This document shows positions 17,785 through 27,729 of a stretch of DNA of 64,000 bases, piece after piece. Position 1 is the first letter of the stretch, and every line of letters starts with the position of its first letter. Source of the DNA: a virus. The translations under genes were made by a program, and so were the position numbers. Location: positions 64,001 through 128,000 of the IMG/VR virus record IMGVR_UViG_3300030202_003006. One strand, written 5' to 3'. The notes under the pieces are model-generated. The model searched no databases. It worked only from the letters and a program-made list of their open reading frames with translations, and was not told where the DNA came from.

Positions 17785-20700
17785 TATTACACAAAGTGCC
17801 GGGGATGTTTATACTAATCCTGTAGGCGATAATGTAGCGGTAGTAGACCCTAACAAGATAGTTGTTAACGGTGAAATTATAGATAGATTAGTCAATCAAG
17901 AAGATTTGGTCATGTATGCTAATCTTACAGCACAAATATTCCCAAGAAGTAAACTAATAAGTGGTGGGGGTGCTGGTAACTTAATTACCGTCGATATTTT
18001 TAAGGGAGAACTTAATTTTTTAAAACCACAAGATAAAGATTCTTTAGATACTGATTGGACAGAAACTTTTACAAATCCAGATGTTAATAAAAAAGTAAAA
18101 AATGTAAATGAAGCTGGTGTTGTGGTTTCTAGTAAAATAGAAAACGCTACAGACCACCAAGGTTTCGGGATAACTCAAATTAATGTTAAGTTAGATAAAA
18201 GTTATGTACCACAAGTAACCATAAATTTTACTGACATACGTGGTAAGACACTATTTGAACAAGCGAGGTCAAACACCCCCTACACAGCATTTTTTCACCT
18301 ACCATACCCAACTTTCTTTTTAACACTTAAAGGGTATTATGGTAAAGCTGTAAGATATCAGTTAATCTTACAAAATTTTGTATCTAGGTTTGACCCCTCT
18401 AGTGGTGACTATTTAATAACTTGTACTTTTAAAGGTAATCATATAGCACTATTAAGAGACATCAACATGCATGAGGTTATTACAGCACCATACATGTTTC
18501 CTAATAGAGTAGATACTACTGATGGGGAAAGTGATGTGGTAACATCTACTAGAGGTAGACAGACAATGGTTGAAGTTTATAAGACTTATAAACAACTGGG
18601 GTTAATAGATGAGGATTTTCCAGAAATGACATTACTAGAGTTGGTTGAGATGGTTAAATCTATGGATAATGATTTAGGTAAGGTATATGGTAAAGTTAAT
18701 TTATCTATGACTACCGATAAATTAGAATATGGACAAATATTAAAAAAATTTAAAGACGCAGTAGTTGGAGATGGTGAAGGGTCGTGGAAAAGTCAGTATT
18801 TAGACCAATCTAAAGGTCCAATAACTGTAACTAAAAATATACCAGACCCAGATGGTGGAACTGGTAAGACAGCAACCATAAGAGTTTACCCATTAAAAGG
18901 TATTAGTAGTAGTGATGAAGATGGTACACCAGACCAAGCAGCTAGAAAAAAAGTTGTTGAAGAAGCACAAAACGCTTTAAACAGTGTAGTATTCAAGTAT
19001 ATGAAACTACTAAACAATAACCCAACATTTAAAGAATTTGGTGGGAAATACCCAGTACAATCAAAATTTAATAATATGAATTTTGACCTTTTTGATAGTT
19101 CTTTATTAAATACACCTGGTGGTGTGTACGCGGATAGTACTAAAAAGATAGATGATTTTAGAACAAAAACAGGTTTAGACTTAAAACCTTGGATATTTTT
19201 AGATGGTAGTGAAGATACATTTTTACCTCTATGGAACCAACAGAAAAAACTTTTTGAGGAACAAGGAGAAAAAATGACTACAGAAATAAGTAAAGAACTT
19301 AATACTCGTGTGAACGCAGCATTAGGATTTAAACCAACCATAAGAAACGTTTTTGCTATATTACTAGCGGGAGCAGATACTTTCTTAAGACTATTAGATG
19401 ACGTACACACTAAAGCAATGGATGTTAGTAGTAATAATATTAGGTTGGGTCTAGCGTCGGAGTCTAACGATGTAAAACAAACAGGTAAGAAAGATAGTGA
19501 AATTGTTTATCCTTGGCCACAGTATTTTAAAATAGAAACTAAAGCGGACAAAAATAATTGTCCTAAAATAAAATCAATCCTAACATATCCAGGAGCAAAA
19601 GATGTTATTGAAACCACACAAGCAAAAAATAAAATTATATGGCCTGAAGTAGATTTTGTAGAAGAATACACTAAAACAGCAGCATATAAGTTTTCAATGT
19701 TCAAATTTCCAACCTCTAATCTAGGAATTAATAAACAGTTTACACCTATAAGTGTAAAAGACTACCCTAAACCTGTAGTTGTAGCACCTTATGGTGATTT
19801 AGTAGTTGTTGATTTATTATTTGAAATCTTAGAAAGAGCTAAAAGATTATATATAACAGGTGGGTTATTTACCAGATATGATTTTATATCTAACCCAGGT
19901 ATGCCTATACAAAACGCTTTATTTGAATTGGCTGAATACGACGCTAATAACCTCTATTTACAAATAAAAGGTTTTCCCCGTCTCCAAAGTTTATTTAAAG
20001 ATTTTACAACCTCCCAGAGTCTAAAGGTAGCACTAATGGGTGCCGACCCAATTAATTGGGACCTCTACGAACAAGGAATACCGATTGGTACGCAAATTAC
20101 AAATGAATTGGTAAGTAAAACTATGTTTAGTGATTCCACTTTTGAAATACTTTTTGCTCCATTACCATACACTGTAGTACCACAATCTTTTACAGAAAAT
20201 ACTTCAGCACTTAAACTTACAAAAACATTTGGTTTATATGATTTAGCCCCTAGTTCTTATGGTCCGTGGGTTCGTGCAAATTATGCAAATGGGGACAATT
20301 TAGAAGAACAACCTTTTTATCAGATTTATGATACCTTACAATATGATGTCACCGAAAGTAATGTACTTAAAGATGAAATTACCGTACAGTATTATACAGA
20401 TATTATGTATTGTGCAATAGGAACACTTGAACGTGGTAAAATAGCACAAATGATTAATAGGAATATGAGTAATGCCACTATGTTAAGTAGTGAACCTACA
20501 GCAACACAATTCTATGAAGAAATTACCACACTCAACCACAATTTGTCTCACTCTAATTATTTTTTAACTGAAGGGCCTATACATGCTACACCAACAGAAA
20601 TAACTGTACAGACACCAAACACATCACTAAATCCAAATACCTCTATATATACTAATCTAGATGACGCAAAAACTAGAGTAACATCAATGTTGAATACCCC

Positions 20701-23700
20701 ATATTTTGCTAATGCATTAGTTGAGGGGGTAACAAATGATAGAGCAGGAGTACAAAGTCCATACACAAACGCGGCATATTTATTTTTAAATTCTTTACCA
20801 TTACCTACATTTAGAGAAAAATCTCTACTAAAAAAAGACGGTAATTATGATTATGGGGACTACATATCACAAATGTTCAACCAAATGCCTGCAGTACATA
20901 ACGTACCAGAATCTTTGTTATTAAAATTAGGTTCTATATGGTGGAGATATAAACAAACTGTTAGGTCTGCAACCGGTACCCAAGACCCTTTAAGTAATGT
21001 TTTTAATGATTTAGGAAATATTGGTGGTATACCAGGTGCTACTGGACCAGGGTTTGTTTATGACGAAGTAAACGTAAACACTAACGGTGTGTACACCTAT
21101 ATAGACCCACTAGGGGTTTCAGTTAACTACCAAACAGAACAAGTTGCTAATAATATAATGCAAGTTGGGGTTTATCCAGCATTAATAGATACCATACATT
21201 ATATTGTAACAGGGAAAAATAGTTATGCAAATGCGGGTGCTGGTACTGTACAATTAACTGATTTAATCGGTGGTCCAGGTGCTTCCATTTTAGATATCAT
21301 TAGTAATAATGAGATAGCCTACCAAGATGCTAACGGAACTACAGTTAATTTTTATGATGTTTTCCTTTCATCTAGTAACATATTTGGTCCTGTAGGTATA
21401 GACTTTAATACTAGTGTTGCACCTGACGAATATTTTATTTTATACCCTAGTTCGGGTGGGTTATTAGATACTGATGCCAGTACGTACACTAATACACCCG
21501 CTTTCGCAAATAACTCCTTACACAATGGAGGGTGTAGAATTTTATGGGGAGCATCTAACTACGGATACTTCCAACATAACCCCGCTTTCCAAGCAGGAAG
21601 TAATCAATACTTCAAAAAGATAAAAACAGACATCAATCATCAAACAGCTTGGGAATTTAATGAAGAAGGTATATACTCTACTATTGATGAATTAAGAGCA
21701 GTATTCAATACATCACAATTAGATGCATTTGAACAAATGTTCTTGAATTTTAGTTCTTTAAATAATGGAACATCAACCACACTCAAAGAAATTATGGCTA
21801 AAATTATGTATGTAGAAGATACTTGGATTTCTGAAGCAGACACTAAGTTAGGTATATCAAATAAATTTAGTAATAAATTGGCTCAAGGACAGATGCTTAA
21901 ATTTTATGATGTGATGGAGTCATTCTTGTTTAAAAAACAGACATATGTACATAAATCAATAACTAATTTTGATGCAGTTGTGGATGGTTCAACATTATTA
22001 CAAAAAATGAGAATATTAGCTGGACCCCCATACTCCGACCAAATAGATAATTTTGGTTTATATGGAACTAACCCTATAATACCACCTGGTGGAATGGGGC
22101 CATTTTTGGGTAACCCACAAGAATTACAAGATATCAAAATATTTGTGGGTGAATATTATTCCCAATTAGACCCACAATATTCATTACTCACAATGGAAGA
22201 CGCTTCAAACCCAATATACAGCTTTTTTATTACCACAAGAGAGGTAGGACAAGATGGGATTGAATTTAATTCTAAAAATATAGAAAATTTTGCACCACTT
22301 ATTAGATTATATGCTTCTTACGTAGTAAACTTCGGTTCTATAAGAGCTAGCGATTTTATAAATTTAATATTAAATTCTTTAGAAACTAACACTTTAAATC
22401 AAGCAGATTTATATACCGACCAATTAATAACTAAATTAAATTCATTAATAAAACAAGAAGAAAAAGTAGAAGAGGATGTTGAATTAAATATAAGTGATGA
22501 AAGGTCTGAAATACAAGCTGATTCTTTAAAATTAGAATTATATAAAAGCTTTAAAACGTTAAATGATAGATGGGTAGCAGGTACTGACCTACTAGCTGAA
22601 ACACTATTTGAAAGATTTTTATTTTATGATAGAGCCAATAGAGACATAGGGGATGACCTAATAATTAATATATGGGATATATTACAATTAGATTCTCCTT
22701 TTGGTGGTGGTAACTCTAAAATATTAACACAAAGTATTTCTAGTTTTGTTAGTCAAATAACTAATAATAATAAAATGAATCTATTAGCTTTACCAGCTTA
22801 TATAAATTTTCATGGTATTGAAGGTGATAATGTACAACAACAAGGAAATGCAATGTTCGGGACATTCCAAACAGTAGACTATTTAAAATCTAAACCAGTA
22901 TTTTTATGTCAATATGTGGGGGAACCATCTTCACAATTAGATGTCAGAACACCCGACAATGGATTTAGTTCGGATGGATTTAATCTAAACCTACCAAGTC
23001 CTAACCCACTAATTTCACCAGACTGTGGAGACCCTAACCTATCTAATAAAGTTATGGGATTCAATGTAGACTTCGGTATCCCAAACCAAAATATATTTGA
23101 ATCGGTAACATTAGACCAAACTCAATATCAAGATACTTCTGAAAGTTTTAAAATTTTACAAGAAATGGCAGATTCCGGTGGTGGAGGTACAACATCTATG
23201 GCTTCTGTTTCATTATTTAATATATACGCAAATCGTTCATACACAGCAAAAATAACGTGTATGGGTAACGTAACAATACAACCAACACAATACTTCCAAC
23301 TAAGGTATCTACCTATGTTTAATGGAGCCTATCAAATAATAAATGTGGAACATAACATAACACCAAATAACATAGAAACAACATTCGATGGAGTAAGACA
23401 ACCAATCCCAGAACTACCAGATATAGAAGACCTAGTACAAAAAATTAATGAAAAGTTATATCAACAAGCCGAAGAACATATAAAAGACCAAAATTTAACG
23501 GATTTATTTTTAGACCAACATAATTTTTCAGCTAGAGAACTTAATCTACTACCTAAAAATAATGGATTTTTAGATAAATTCTTTGATGCTGGAGATGATT
23601 GGGGTAATGTGGTTGATGCAAAGTTTAGTCAAGCACCTATTTTTGACCCAGAAATTGTACATAAAGGGATAGATATAGCTCCAAAAAGTGAATACATTAA

Positions 23701-24226
23701 AAAATCCGAATCAGTACCAGGTATTGAAATTTTTCCAGTACTAAACGGAGTGGTAACCAAAGTAGTTAGCGGTTGTAAACCACTACAAAAAACAAATGAA
23801 TGTGCAGACTATGGTAATTATATTGAAATAAAATCTAAAAATGTGGGTATTTATGTCGACGCTAACGGAGTAGAATCCAGTGAAGGTGAATTTAGCCAAT
23901 TAGTGGGACCAATATCAAATATAGAAATAAATAAATCTTTAGCCGAAATAGAAGTAGGGGATACCCAAGAATTACCAACAATATATTATTTAACTAGATA
24001 CGCCTTTTTAAGAGAAAATATTCAGGTTAAACAAGGTGATAAAATAAGTATTACCGACATAGGAAATAGGCCTATTGGGTATATGGGTAATTCTGGTCCA
24101 TCCGAAGATACACATATACATTTAGAAATCAAAAGAGCGGTTAGTATTAAGGTTGGAGCCAACAATAGATTTGTAGAACATTATTTAGACCCACTTAATA
24201 TATTACCAGCTTATAAACCACAATAA
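17774..24226 (+). CDS. Large baseplate hub protein with a C-terminal M23 peptidase-like domain
   Basis: gp27/VgrG-like elements (GITQINVK; CMGNVTIQP; GAYQIINVEHNI); M23 motifs HKGID (23660), GYMGNSG and HIHLE (24113). Confidence 0.75.
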   Translation: MADSITQSAGDVYTNPVGDNVAVVDPNKIVVNGEIIDRLVNQEDLVMYANLTAQIFPRSKLISGGGAGNLITVDIFKGELNFLKPQDKDSLDTDWTETFTNPDVNKKVKNVNEAGVVVSSKIENATDHQGFGITQINVKLDKSYVPQVTINFTDIRGKTLFEQARSNTPYTAFFHLPYPTFFLTLKGYYGKAVRYQLILQNFVSRFDPSSGDYLITCTFKGNHIALLRDINMHEVITAPYMFPNRVDTTDGESDVVTSTRGRQTMVEVYKTYKQLGLIDEDFPEMTLLELVEMVKSMDNDLGKVYGKVNLSMTTDKLEYGQILKKFKDAVVGDGEGSWKSQYLDQSKGPITVTKNIPDPDGGTGKTATIRVYPLKGISSSDEDGTPDQAARKKVVEEAQNALNSVVFKYMKLLNNNPTFKEFGGKYPVQSKFNNMNFDLFDSSLLNTPGGVYADSTKKIDDFRTKTGLDLKPWIFLDGSEDTFLPLWNQQKKLFEEQGEKMTTEISKELNTRVNAALGFKPTIRNVFAILLAGADTFLRLLDDVHTKAMDVSSNNIRLGLASESNDVKQTGKKDSEIVYPWPQYFKIETKADKNNCPKIKSILTYPGAKDVIETTQAKNKIIWPEVDFVEEYTKTAAYKFSMFKFPTSNLGINKQFTPISVKDYPKPVVVAPYGDLVVVDLLFEILERAKRLYITGGLFTRYDFISNPGMPIQNALFELAEYDANNLYLQIKGFPRLQSLFKDFTTSQSLKVALMGADPINWDLYEQGIPIGTQITNELVSKTMFSDSTFEILFAPLPYTVVPQSFTENTSALKLTKTFGLYDLAPSSYGPWVRANYANGDNLEEQPFYQIYDTLQYDVTESNVLKDEITVQYYTDIMYCAIGTLERGKIAQMINRNMSNATMLSSEPTATQFYEEITTLNHNLSHSNYFLTEGPIHATPTEITVQTPNTSLNPNTSIYTNLDDAKTRVTSMLNTPYFANALVEGVTNDRAGVQSPYTNAAYLFLNSLPLPTFREKSLLKKDGNYDYGDYISQMFNQMPAVHNVPESLLLKLGSIWWRYKQTVRSATGTQDPLSNVFNDLGNIGGIPGATGPGFVYDEVNVNTNGVYTYIDPLGVSVNYQTEQVANNIMQVGVYPALIDTIHYIVTGKNSYANAGAGTVQLTDLIGGPGASILDIISNNEIAYQDANGTTVNFYDVFLSSSNIFGPVGIDFNTSVAPDEYFILYPSSGGLLDTDASTYTNTPAFANNSLHNGGCRILWGASNYGYFQHNPAFQAGSNQYFKKIKTDINHQTAWEFNEEGIYSTIDELRAVFNTSQLDAFEQMFLNFSSLNNGTSTTLKEIMAKIMYVEDTWISEADTKLGISNKFSNKLAQGQMLKFYDVMESFLFKKQTYVHKSITNFDAVVDGSTLLQKMRILAGPPYSDQIDNFGLYGTNPIIPPGGMGPFLGNPQELQDIKIFVGEYYSQLDPQYSLLTMEDASNPIYSFFITTREVGQDGIEFNSKNIENFAPLIRLYASYVVNFGSIRASDFINLILNSLETNTLNQADLYTDQLITKLNSLIKQEEKVEEDVELNISDERSEIQADSLKLELYKSFKTLNDRWVAGTDLLAETLFERFLFYDRANRDIGDDLIINIWDILQLDSPFGGGNSKILTQSISSFVSQITNNNKMNLLALPAYINFHGIEGDNVQQQGNAMFGTFQTVDYLKSKPVFLCQYVGEPSSQLDVRTPDNGFSSDGFNLNLPSPNPLISPDCGDPNLSNKVMGFNVDFGIPNQNIFESVTLDQTQYQDTSESFKILQEMADSGGGGTTSMASVSLFNIYANRSYTAKITCMGNVTIQPTQYFQLRYLPMFNGAYQIINVEHNITPNNIETTFDGVRQPIPELPDIEDLVQKINEKLYQQAEEHIKDQNLTDLFLDQHNFSARELNLLPKNNGFLDKFFDAGDDWGNVVDAKFSQAPIFDPEIVHKGIDIAPKSEYIKKSESVPGIEIFPVLNGVVTKVVSGCKPLQKTNECADYGNYIEIKSKNVGIYVDANGVESSEGEFSQLVGPISNIEINKSLAEIEVGDTQELPTIYYLTRYAFLRENIQVKQGDKISITDIGNRPIGYMGNSGPSEDTHIHLEIKRAVSIKVGANNRFVEHYLDPLNILPAYKPQ

Positions 24227-24268
24227 ATTGATAAATCACATAAAATTGACTATTCTTAAGTTTGGTAA

Positions 24269-24276
24269 TATTTATA
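24269..24276 (+). promoter_or_regulatory. Putative late promoter TATTTATA
   Basis: 26 nt upstream of ATG 24303. Confidence 0.5.
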
Positions 24277-24302
24277 TATATAAACAATAAAAATTCGTAG
24301 AT

Positions 24303-24542
24303 ATGATTAGTGAAAATTTAAAACAAAAATTAGGTAATTTTTTAGGTAAAAATACTAATAATATTGTAGAAAACGGCCAAACTGAGGACGGACAACAAGT
24401 TTGTGATTTAGATACTGGTATATGCTATACTATTAGAAGTAGAGATGGTTTAATAGAAAGAGTAGAAAATAGTATTAGAGTAAATAGAAAAGTTCAGGTA
24501 GAATCACCTAATGGGGACGTAAAACAATTATTAAATGGGTAA
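24303..24542 (+). CDS. Hypothetical protein (79 aa)
   Basis: Clean ORF containing VCDLDTGICY; overlaps the next start. Confidence 0.7.
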   Translation: MISENLKQKLGNFLGKNTNNIVENGQTEDGQQVCDLDTGICYTIRSRDGLIERVENSIRVNRKVQVESPNGDVKQLLNG

Positions 24543-25305
24543 ATTAGAAAAACAATTATTAGAGGAATTATCCAGATTTAATCAGATTAAACACAATAGT
24601 GAAAATCTAGAAGAACAAATGGTTGGGGCTATTGCTAGTTTAGGTATGGGCAGTAAAGTAGATGAGTTATTGGAAAAAGCAAAAAAATTAGAGGAATTAG
24701 AAACTTTAGGTGAACAAGAAGATGCCGAATTACCAGATGCTGGTGAAGAAGTTGCTGATGAAGACGCTGAAGCAGACGCCACTCCACCAGATTTAGAGGG
24801 TGGTGATGAAATAGGTGCTGACATAGAAGATATAGATGTAGACGTTACCGACGTGGGTGATGAACCAGCTATTGAACCGGTTGGTGGTGAAGAAGGGACT
24901 GAAGAGTTGGACGTAACAGATTTAGTAACTAAACAAGAAGAGGTTGGTGACGAATTAGCTGACCAAAAAGATATACTATCAAAAAATACTGAAAGTTTAG
25001 ATGATTTAATGGATAAATTGTCAGACTTAGAAACACAACTATCTTCTATGGAAGATGTCGCTAGTAAGATAAGTAGTTTAGAAGATAAACTTGAAGAATA
25101 CAGACCACGTACACCCGAAGAACAAATAGGTTTAAGAAAGCATGATAGTGGACCATTCAATAAAACACTAAGTGATTTTTTTACTGACAAAGAAGAAGTT
25201 TTTGATAAAACTGGTAAAAAACAATATATTCTAACACCAGAAGATGTCGAAGACTATAGTGAACAAGATATTAAAAAAAGTTTTGATACAGAAGACGAAG
25301 ATTAA
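24535..25305 (+). CDS. Acidic coiled-coil protein (scaffold/head-internal-like)
   Basis: LLEELSRFNQI N-terminal motif, D/E-rich linker and heptad repeats. Confidence 0.6.
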   Translation: MGKLEKQLLEELSRFNQIKHNSENLEEQMVGAIASLGMGSKVDELLEKAKKLEELETLGEQEDAELPDAGEEVADEDAEADATPPDLEGGDEIGADIEDIDVDVTDVGDEPAIEPVGGEEGTEELDVTDLVTKQEEVGDELADQKDILSKNTESLDDLMDKLSDLETQLSSMEDVASKISSLEDKLEEYRPRTPEEQIGLRKHDSGPFNKTLSDFFTDKEEVFDKTGKKQYILTPEDVEDYSEQDIKKSFDTEDED

Positions 25306-25317
25306 GCCTTTCTTTGT

Positions 25318-25346
25318 TTGACATCCACCCATTATATTATTATACT
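25318..25346 (+). promoter_or_regulatory. Near-consensus sigma70 promoter TTGACA-N17-TATACT
   Basis: TTGACA at 25318-25323 and TATACT at 25341-25346; heads the replication island. Confidence 0.8.
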
Positions 25347-25386
25347 TACATAGATATTAATTAATTAATTATTAAAAAAAAAATTT

Positions 25387-26259
25387 ATGAGTAATAGTTT
25401 AGATGCAGTTTTAGCTCAATATGAGAAAAACAAACAAAGTGGTGGTTCCACAAAACCACAGATGACATCAGAAGAAAGAATGAAACAATACCTTTCTATT
25501 ATGTTACCAAAAGGAACAAAATCAGGAGAAAAAAGAATTAGAATAGTACCAACTACAGATGGTTCCTCACCATTTAAAGAAGTATTCTTCCATAATGTAC
25601 AAGTACAAGGGAGATGGCAAAAACTTTATGACCCAGGAAAAAATTCAGACGGAAAACCTTCCGGTGAAAGAAGTCCATTAAATGAGGTAGAGGAAGCTTT
25701 AAGATTAGCTGGTGACGCACAATCAAAAGAATTAGCACGTTCTTATCGTTCACAAAAATTTTACATTGTAAAAGTTGTTGATAGAGATAATGAAGAAGAC
25801 GGTGTAAAATTCTGGAGATTTAAACATAACTGGAAAGGAGACGGACCAATCGATAAGATAATTCCAATTTGGAGAAATAAAGGAGATGTTACCGATATTA
25901 ATGAAGGTAGGGATTTAATTCTTATTTTACAGTCAGTACCATTACCTGGTGGTAGAGGAGAGTATACAACAGTATCTTCTGTCATGTACGAAGACCCAGG
26001 AAAATTATCAGAAGATGAGACTAAAGTAAAAGAATGGACAACTGACGAAAGAACTTGGAAAGATGTTTATTCACAAAAACCAGTTGAATACTTAGAAGCA
26101 ATTTCTAAAGGATTAGACCCAGTTTGGGATTCAGAACAAAAAAAGTATGTTTACGACGACCCAAACAGTGTTAGTAAAGCTACAACTACAAGTACATTAG
26201 GTTCTACCTCTACTGACCCACAAGCAAACGACCCACAAGACGAAGATTTACCATTTTAA
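25387..26259 (+). CDS. gp32: Single-stranded DNA-binding protein (T4 gp32-like)
   Basis: IRIVP, VVDRDNEEDGVKFWRF and EGRDLIL motifs; acidic C-terminus DEDLPF. Confidence 0.8.
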   Translation: MSNSLDAVLAQYEKNKQSGGSTKPQMTSEERMKQYLSIMLPKGTKSGEKRIRIVPTTDGSSPFKEVFFHNVQVQGRWQKLYDPGKNSDGKPSGERSPLNEVEEALRLAGDAQSKELARSYRSQKFYIVKVVDRDNEEDGVKFWRFKHNWKGDGPIDKIIPIWRNKGDVTDINEGRDLILILQSVPLPGGRGEYTTVSSVMYEDPGKLSEDETKVKEWTTDERTWKDVYSQKPVEYLEAISKGLDPVWDSEQKKYVYDDPNSVSKATTTSTLGSTSTDPQANDPQDEDLPF

Positions 26260-26268
26260 TTAGGGGAT

Positions 26269-27273
26269 ATGGCATTGAAAAAAAGAACATTCTCGGAGTT
26301 AAAAAACAAATTTTCAAAGAAAGCTAACTTTAAACCAGAAAGATTTTTTGATTTAGGGAAAGCTTTCCTTGATGCAACAGGGTTACCTGGACCAGCAATG
26401 GGCCATTTACAAATGTTTCTTGGCCATTCTGACACAGGAAAAACTACCGCATTAATTAAAGCTGCGGTAGACGCACAGAAAAAAGGTATACTTCCAGTTT
26501 TAATTATAACGGAACAAAAGTGGGGTTTTGAACATGCTAAACTTTTAGGTTTTGACTGTGAAGAGGTTGTGGATAAAACAACTGGTGAAGTGGATTGGGA
26601 TGGATTCTTCCTATTCAATAATGATTTTCAGTACATAGAAGAAATTACTGACTATATTAACACATTATTAGATGCACAAGATAAGGGTGAATTACAATAT
26701 GATTTACTATTTTTATGGGATTCTGTTGGTTCAGTACCTTGTAAAATGACTTTTGAAGGTAAAGGTGGTAAAATGCATAACGCAGCAACTTTAGCAGATA
26801 AAATAGGTATGGGTCTAAACCAAAGGATAGGTAAATCAAGAAGACAAGATTCAAAGTATACAAATACACTTGTAGTGGTAAATCAACCATGGGTAGAATT
26901 ACCAGATAATCCGTTCGGACAACCTAAAATTAAAGCAAAAGGTGGGGAGTCTTTATGGTTAAACTCTACGTTAGTGTTTAGATTTGGTAATCAAAAAAAT
27001 GGTGGAACAACAAATATTACGGCCGTAAAAGAAAAACGAAAAGTAAAATTTGCCACTAGAACTAAAATTACCATTATGAAAAACCATGTTAATGGTTTGG
27101 GTTATGAGGATGGAAAAATACTTATAACACCTCATGGTTTTATAGCTGGTAGAGAAGCTAGTGAAGAAAAAAAATCAATAGAAAAGTATAAACAAGAAAA
27201 CGCTACCTTTTGGTCTGAGCAATTAGGGGTTGGTGGTGATTTCGATTTAAAAATAGAAAAAGAAAATGACTAA
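26269..27273 (+). CDS. recA: RecA/UvsX-like recombinase
   Basis: Walker A GHSDTGKTT, Walker B LFLWDSVG, VVNQ and KGGESL. Confidence 0.88.
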   Translation: MALKKRTFSELKNKFSKKANFKPERFFDLGKAFLDATGLPGPAMGHLQMFLGHSDTGKTTALIKAAVDAQKKGILPVLIITEQKWGFEHAKLLGFDCEEVVDKTTGEVDWDGFFLFNNDFQYIEEITDYINTLLDAQDKGELQYDLLFLWDSVGSVPCKMTFEGKGGKMHNAATLADKIGMGLNQRIGKSRRQDSKYTNTLVVVNQPWVELPDNPFGQPKIKAKGGESLWLNSTLVFRFGNQKNGGTTNITAVKEKRKVKFATRTKITIMKNHVNGLGYEDGKILITPHGFIAGREASEEKKSIEKYKQENATFWSEQLGVGGDFDLKIEKEND

Positions 27274-27700
27274 ATTAAAAACAGGAGACAAAGTAAAAGT
27301 GCATTATGTTGGCACATTAAAAGACGGTACAGAATTCGATAGTTCAAGAACAAGAAATGAAGAACTAGAATTTTCTATCGATGATGGAAAACTACTAAAA
27401 GGATTTAATGATACAGTTAAAGAGTTAAGTGTAGGTTCTAAATCTACCGTAGAACTACCAGCAAAAGAAGCGTATGGTGAGTATGTGGAAGAGGCGGTTA
27501 TGGAAGTTAACAAAAAAGACTTTCCAGCAGACATGAAATTTGAACTTAATAGTTTTGTACAAGGACAAGACAATAATGGAAGACCAGTACAAGCACAGAT
27601 AATTAAAATTAATGAAGAAACTGTTAAATTAGATTTGAATCACCCATTAGCTGGAGAAGATTTAAAATTTGAAATAGAATTAGTTGAAATAGTAAAGTAA
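27266..27700 (+). CDS. FKBP-type peptidyl-prolyl isomerase with insert-in-flap domain (SlyD/SlpA-like, no His-rich tail)
   Basis: VKVHYVGTLKDGTEFDSS, AYGE and DLNHPLAGEDLKFEIEL. Confidence 0.93.
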   Translation: MTKLKTGDKVKVHYVGTLKDGTEFDSSRTRNEELEFSIDDGKLLKGFNDTVKELSVGSKSTVELPAKEAYGEYVEEAVMEVNKKDFPADMKFELNSFVQGQDNNGRPVQAQIIKINEETVKLDLNHPLAGEDLKFEIELVEIVK

Positions 27701-27729
27701 AAAATTGTTTAACCTTTTAGACCTATACT

